Origin: Stylophora pistillata
Lineage: Eukaryota
DNA length: 64,000 nt
Assembly (NCBI RefSeq): GCF_002571385.2
Contig: NW_019217820.1
Coordinates: forward strand, 637,187-701,186
Direction: 5' to 3'
Shown: one piece after another, positions 60,901 through 64,000 of the stretch
Position numbering within the stretch: position 1 is the stretch's first letter
Layout: every line of letters begins with the position of its first letter
Notes under the pieces: generated by a model
Database searches by the model: none
Told to the model about the DNA's origin: nothing
What the model saw: only the letters and a program-made list of their open reading frames with translations
Translations under genes and position numbers: made by a program

Positions 60901-63539
60901 GGTAAATATTCACTCGCTATATTCCGAACTTACGCCAGCGGCAAATGGGCGAAAACTCTTGGAATAAGTAATACTTGTTAGCGTGATCGCGTAGCTTCTG
61001 TCGGCTGCTGGTTCATTCTGGTGTAAGTCTATAATTTTTTATGTCAACGTATGATTTGCGAGGCGTGCCTTCCGCGGTACAAAACTGCCCTTGGAATGTC
61101 ATGAAAATAATTTTTCCTTACCTAATCGGATAGTTTTTTCATTTATACGATTTCGTAGGCGGCAGTAGGAAAATATTGCTAATAAAAGCACATTAGGCAA
61201 AATCTAACCTCATTCTTCACCCTACTTCTTACTGGTCTGTGAAATCCCACGCAAACATGCTGGTGCTGACTAAAAATTAAAAAGCATTAAATCTGACGAG
61301 AGATGTAAAGTGCCCATCATAAATCTTAACGCATTTTATGAAAGCATTTAGCAAATGTTTATGTGGTATAATCCTCTTCCTTTGAATAACATTTTGTTTT
61401 CGATGTTGTTTTAATCGTGTGGGAACGTCGAGACACGAAACACACGGTGCTGGCGCTGTGTAAGCAATGTTTTCAATGGAGTAAAATGAAGGATACCTTC
61501 ACCGAACGCACGATGAATACAGCCCAACTTTCTGAGAGATATAGTAAATAAAAGTTCTTTGATAAATGAAGATGGTGTTATGCGTTAACGTAGAATGAAT
61601 TGGATTTGTTCCTGATATCCATGCTATTGTAAGGCCTAACGAGATGGGGGTAGGGAAATGGAAGGTGGTGGCTTGTTCTCATCTGCTAGGAAAGCTTGTT
61701 CTCGAAGCCAAACCAACACTTTTTCTCAGAATATCGCTTAAAAAGCGAAATGTGCTTCCCGTTTGGTCTCGCACGCGTGTTGCTGTAAGAGGAAAATGAA
61801 GCGTTATAGTTTATCACTGAATACCGAAACAAACTTCTTTCTCGTTTAGTGTCTTATTATGTGTCAATAAAGCTGCTTAGGCAATGGGTTGATCACTTGG
61901 AAAGTTTCGCGACAACTCTGCGAAAAACTGAGTATTTCTCTTTAGTTGTTAACGTATAATAAAATAGCTTGAAAAGCCCAAGAAAAAGTCTTAAAACCCG
62001 TACTCTATAAACTACCTCCAACTTGGTTCCCTTTCGGGTGAGACATCGTCGTTAGAAGAAAGTACCCACTCTCCCACGTGGAGAGATGTGAGTAAAATAC
62101 TTTAAAAGTCATCACCCTCTTAATTTAAAGCTTAGTGTTACATGCATGTGTATGCAACATGGAGCGCGAGAGGAAAAAAAACATGGACCCATTTTGGAAA
62201 AGTTCCATGAAATGACTGTCATTGAAATGAGATTTTCTCGTGAGTTCCGGCCTTAATAATCTATCTTGTAAACTTAAAATTGACAGATATATAAAAGTAT
62301 AGCTCGATCTGTGATCTTGAAATTATTCTGTATCTTTGTATGGCAGAATTATAACGAACAAGCAAAACGAAACAAAACAGAGGAATGTAGGTACGCCAGG
62401 CGTGCAAACTGTTTTTTCGTAACAACGTTCAAGAGATTGTAAAGTGTCATTGAAGTCCTCGTCTGTCCATCTGAACTGTCTTTGAAATAATAGATCTTAT
62501 AAACGGGACATCCAAAAGAATTAAAAAGATGCTCTTCTCTGTCTGCAGTCATCAGGAAATTGCTTTATAGATCGTGCAGAAAGTGTATTTTTGGTAACAC
62601 AAAGAATGTCATGAATTGAGATTATACCATGCTACTTTGTTAACCCTATCAACTTCGCCATATCAATTGTTAAATTGATAAGCACATTTAACGTGTTTTA
62701 CTACTCAATTTCGACATTTTATGCTCGCAAGGGCTAACTGAAAAAGGCGTCACCATTGTTAGATGCCTTCTGATTTCCAGCGAGTGCCAGCAATAATGTA
62801 AGTATGGTGTTTTTCCGTTTTGGTGAATTATCGCTGATGGTAATCCACACATTCTTCAAGGCACTACATAAGTATAGTTGGAGTTGGTTATAGAACTTTG
62901 TAACACGTTGTTTATTACACATACATTGTTCAGAACATATTATTTATTCGTAGCCTGTAAGATATGGTAATACTGTTTGTAAAGGTGGACACCCAACAAA
63001 GAGGCAAGCTTAAACGAAACGGATACAAGGATAGTTCAGGATAGAGAACGTTGACTTACTTGCAAAGGACAAATTAGGAAAGAGTAAGCTTAATTTCTCA
63101 ACCCAAATAAACCGTGACGATGCTCCCTATATGCAAAAGAGTTGCACTTCCAGATTATGGGCTATCAGTAAAATCTGCTTCCATCCTTTTGTGGACCGCT
63201 GCATTCATTAGCATGTGGAGAGCGTTTGGTTTATCAGTTTCATAAGACCAACGTCAGTCGACGTTCAGTTCTAACATAGGTTACAATTCCATTGATTTTC
63301 TAAGAAAGAAAAGGAGTCTATCTTAAAACATCATCATAAACTGAATATCCGAAATCTAGCGAAGACGTTATCAGTCATTACCACGCATGCTTGACGGAAA
63401 TTCTTTAATCATTCCATCCTTAAAATGAGTAATCTGTCGAGGAACATCAAGGAATTTACTGTTAAAGCCAACTGTCCAACTGCAGATCTTTTAACAGTTT
63501 CAAAGCATGAAGTGGCTAAGAGTATAGTTTACTGTCCAA

Positions 63540-63762
63540 GGGGCCGCTTCTTGAAAGTCCCGGTAACTTAACGGGCCCAAAACCGTATTTTAAAATTATT
63601 ATTCAAAGAACTGATAAGCAGGTTCTGACACCCGAACCAGTCTATTTTGTTTCATGAGCTGATAGTTTTATTGTATAATTTTCAAAAATTTTGACAACCC
63701 CATGAAAACAGAACGGCTTTACGGACCTGTTAAGTTACTGGGACCTTCCAGAAACAGGCCCC
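63540..63762. mobile_element. Harbinger-like MITE
   Basis: Imperfect TIRs GGGGCCGCTTCTTGAAAGTCCCGGTAACTTAACGGGCCC / GGACCTGTTAAGTTACTGGGACCTTCCAGAAACAGGCCCC. Confidence 0.7.
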
Positions 63763-64000
63763 TTGACGGAATTCAGTTCATCGCTGGCCATCCAACAGCA
63801 CTTTGCAAAGTTTCCCCTATCAGATTTCTTAGACCCATGTATACTTCGGCAGAGCAAACAGTTCCATTGTAATAAGGCAGGATGTCTGCCCAAAACAGAA
63901 AGCAAAACAGTGACCTCGATTCAGAGTCTAAAGCACTGTTTGGAGGGTTTAGATTAAAATTCTTTCTTGAGCCACGCCAAAAGGTCAGGAACCTATAGAC

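Noticed and set aside
60300-63000. Possible third gene (splice-like sites at 60363-60455, ~61023, 62781-62797; ORFs 62349-62552 and 62734-62922)
   Set aside because: No phase-consistent exon chain or recognisable protein motif; could be UTR exons but unsupported.

Overview
AT-rich animal genomic DNA with spliceosomal introns, two N-gaps (12998-13509, 30547-31155) and a dense repeat landscape. The repeat families and gene content suggest an anthozoan or stony coral; this is inference, not verified. I reconstructed two plus-strand multi-exon genes by hand from GT-AG sites with consistent reading phase. (1) A 5'-incomplete EF-hand + WD40 gene of the WDR49/WDR64/WDR95/WDY (cilia-associated) family: 35 exons, 2707-31889, about 949 aa visible. 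(2) A complete ERC/ELKS/CAST active-zone scaffold gene: 16 exons, 34777-57992, about 958 aa, ending in two tandem FIP-RBD-like modules rather than the IWA motif. The introns hold three ~1.1 kb TTAA-flanked Kolobok-type elements, a P-like element with a 7-bp TSD, Harbinger and hAT-like MITEs, SINE and L2 fragments, and minisatellites. The most striking signal is a set of three head-to-head fold-back insertions that share one architecture: a 13-16 bp TSD, one complete arm, and one truncated arm joined to the TSD by microhomology. Two have minimal hammerhead-ribozyme heads and one has a tRNA-mimic head. Other observations are DIRS-like circle-junction elements, an inverted Kolobok arrangement that could drive ERC back-splicing, and sharp CpG-depleted domains within both genes.
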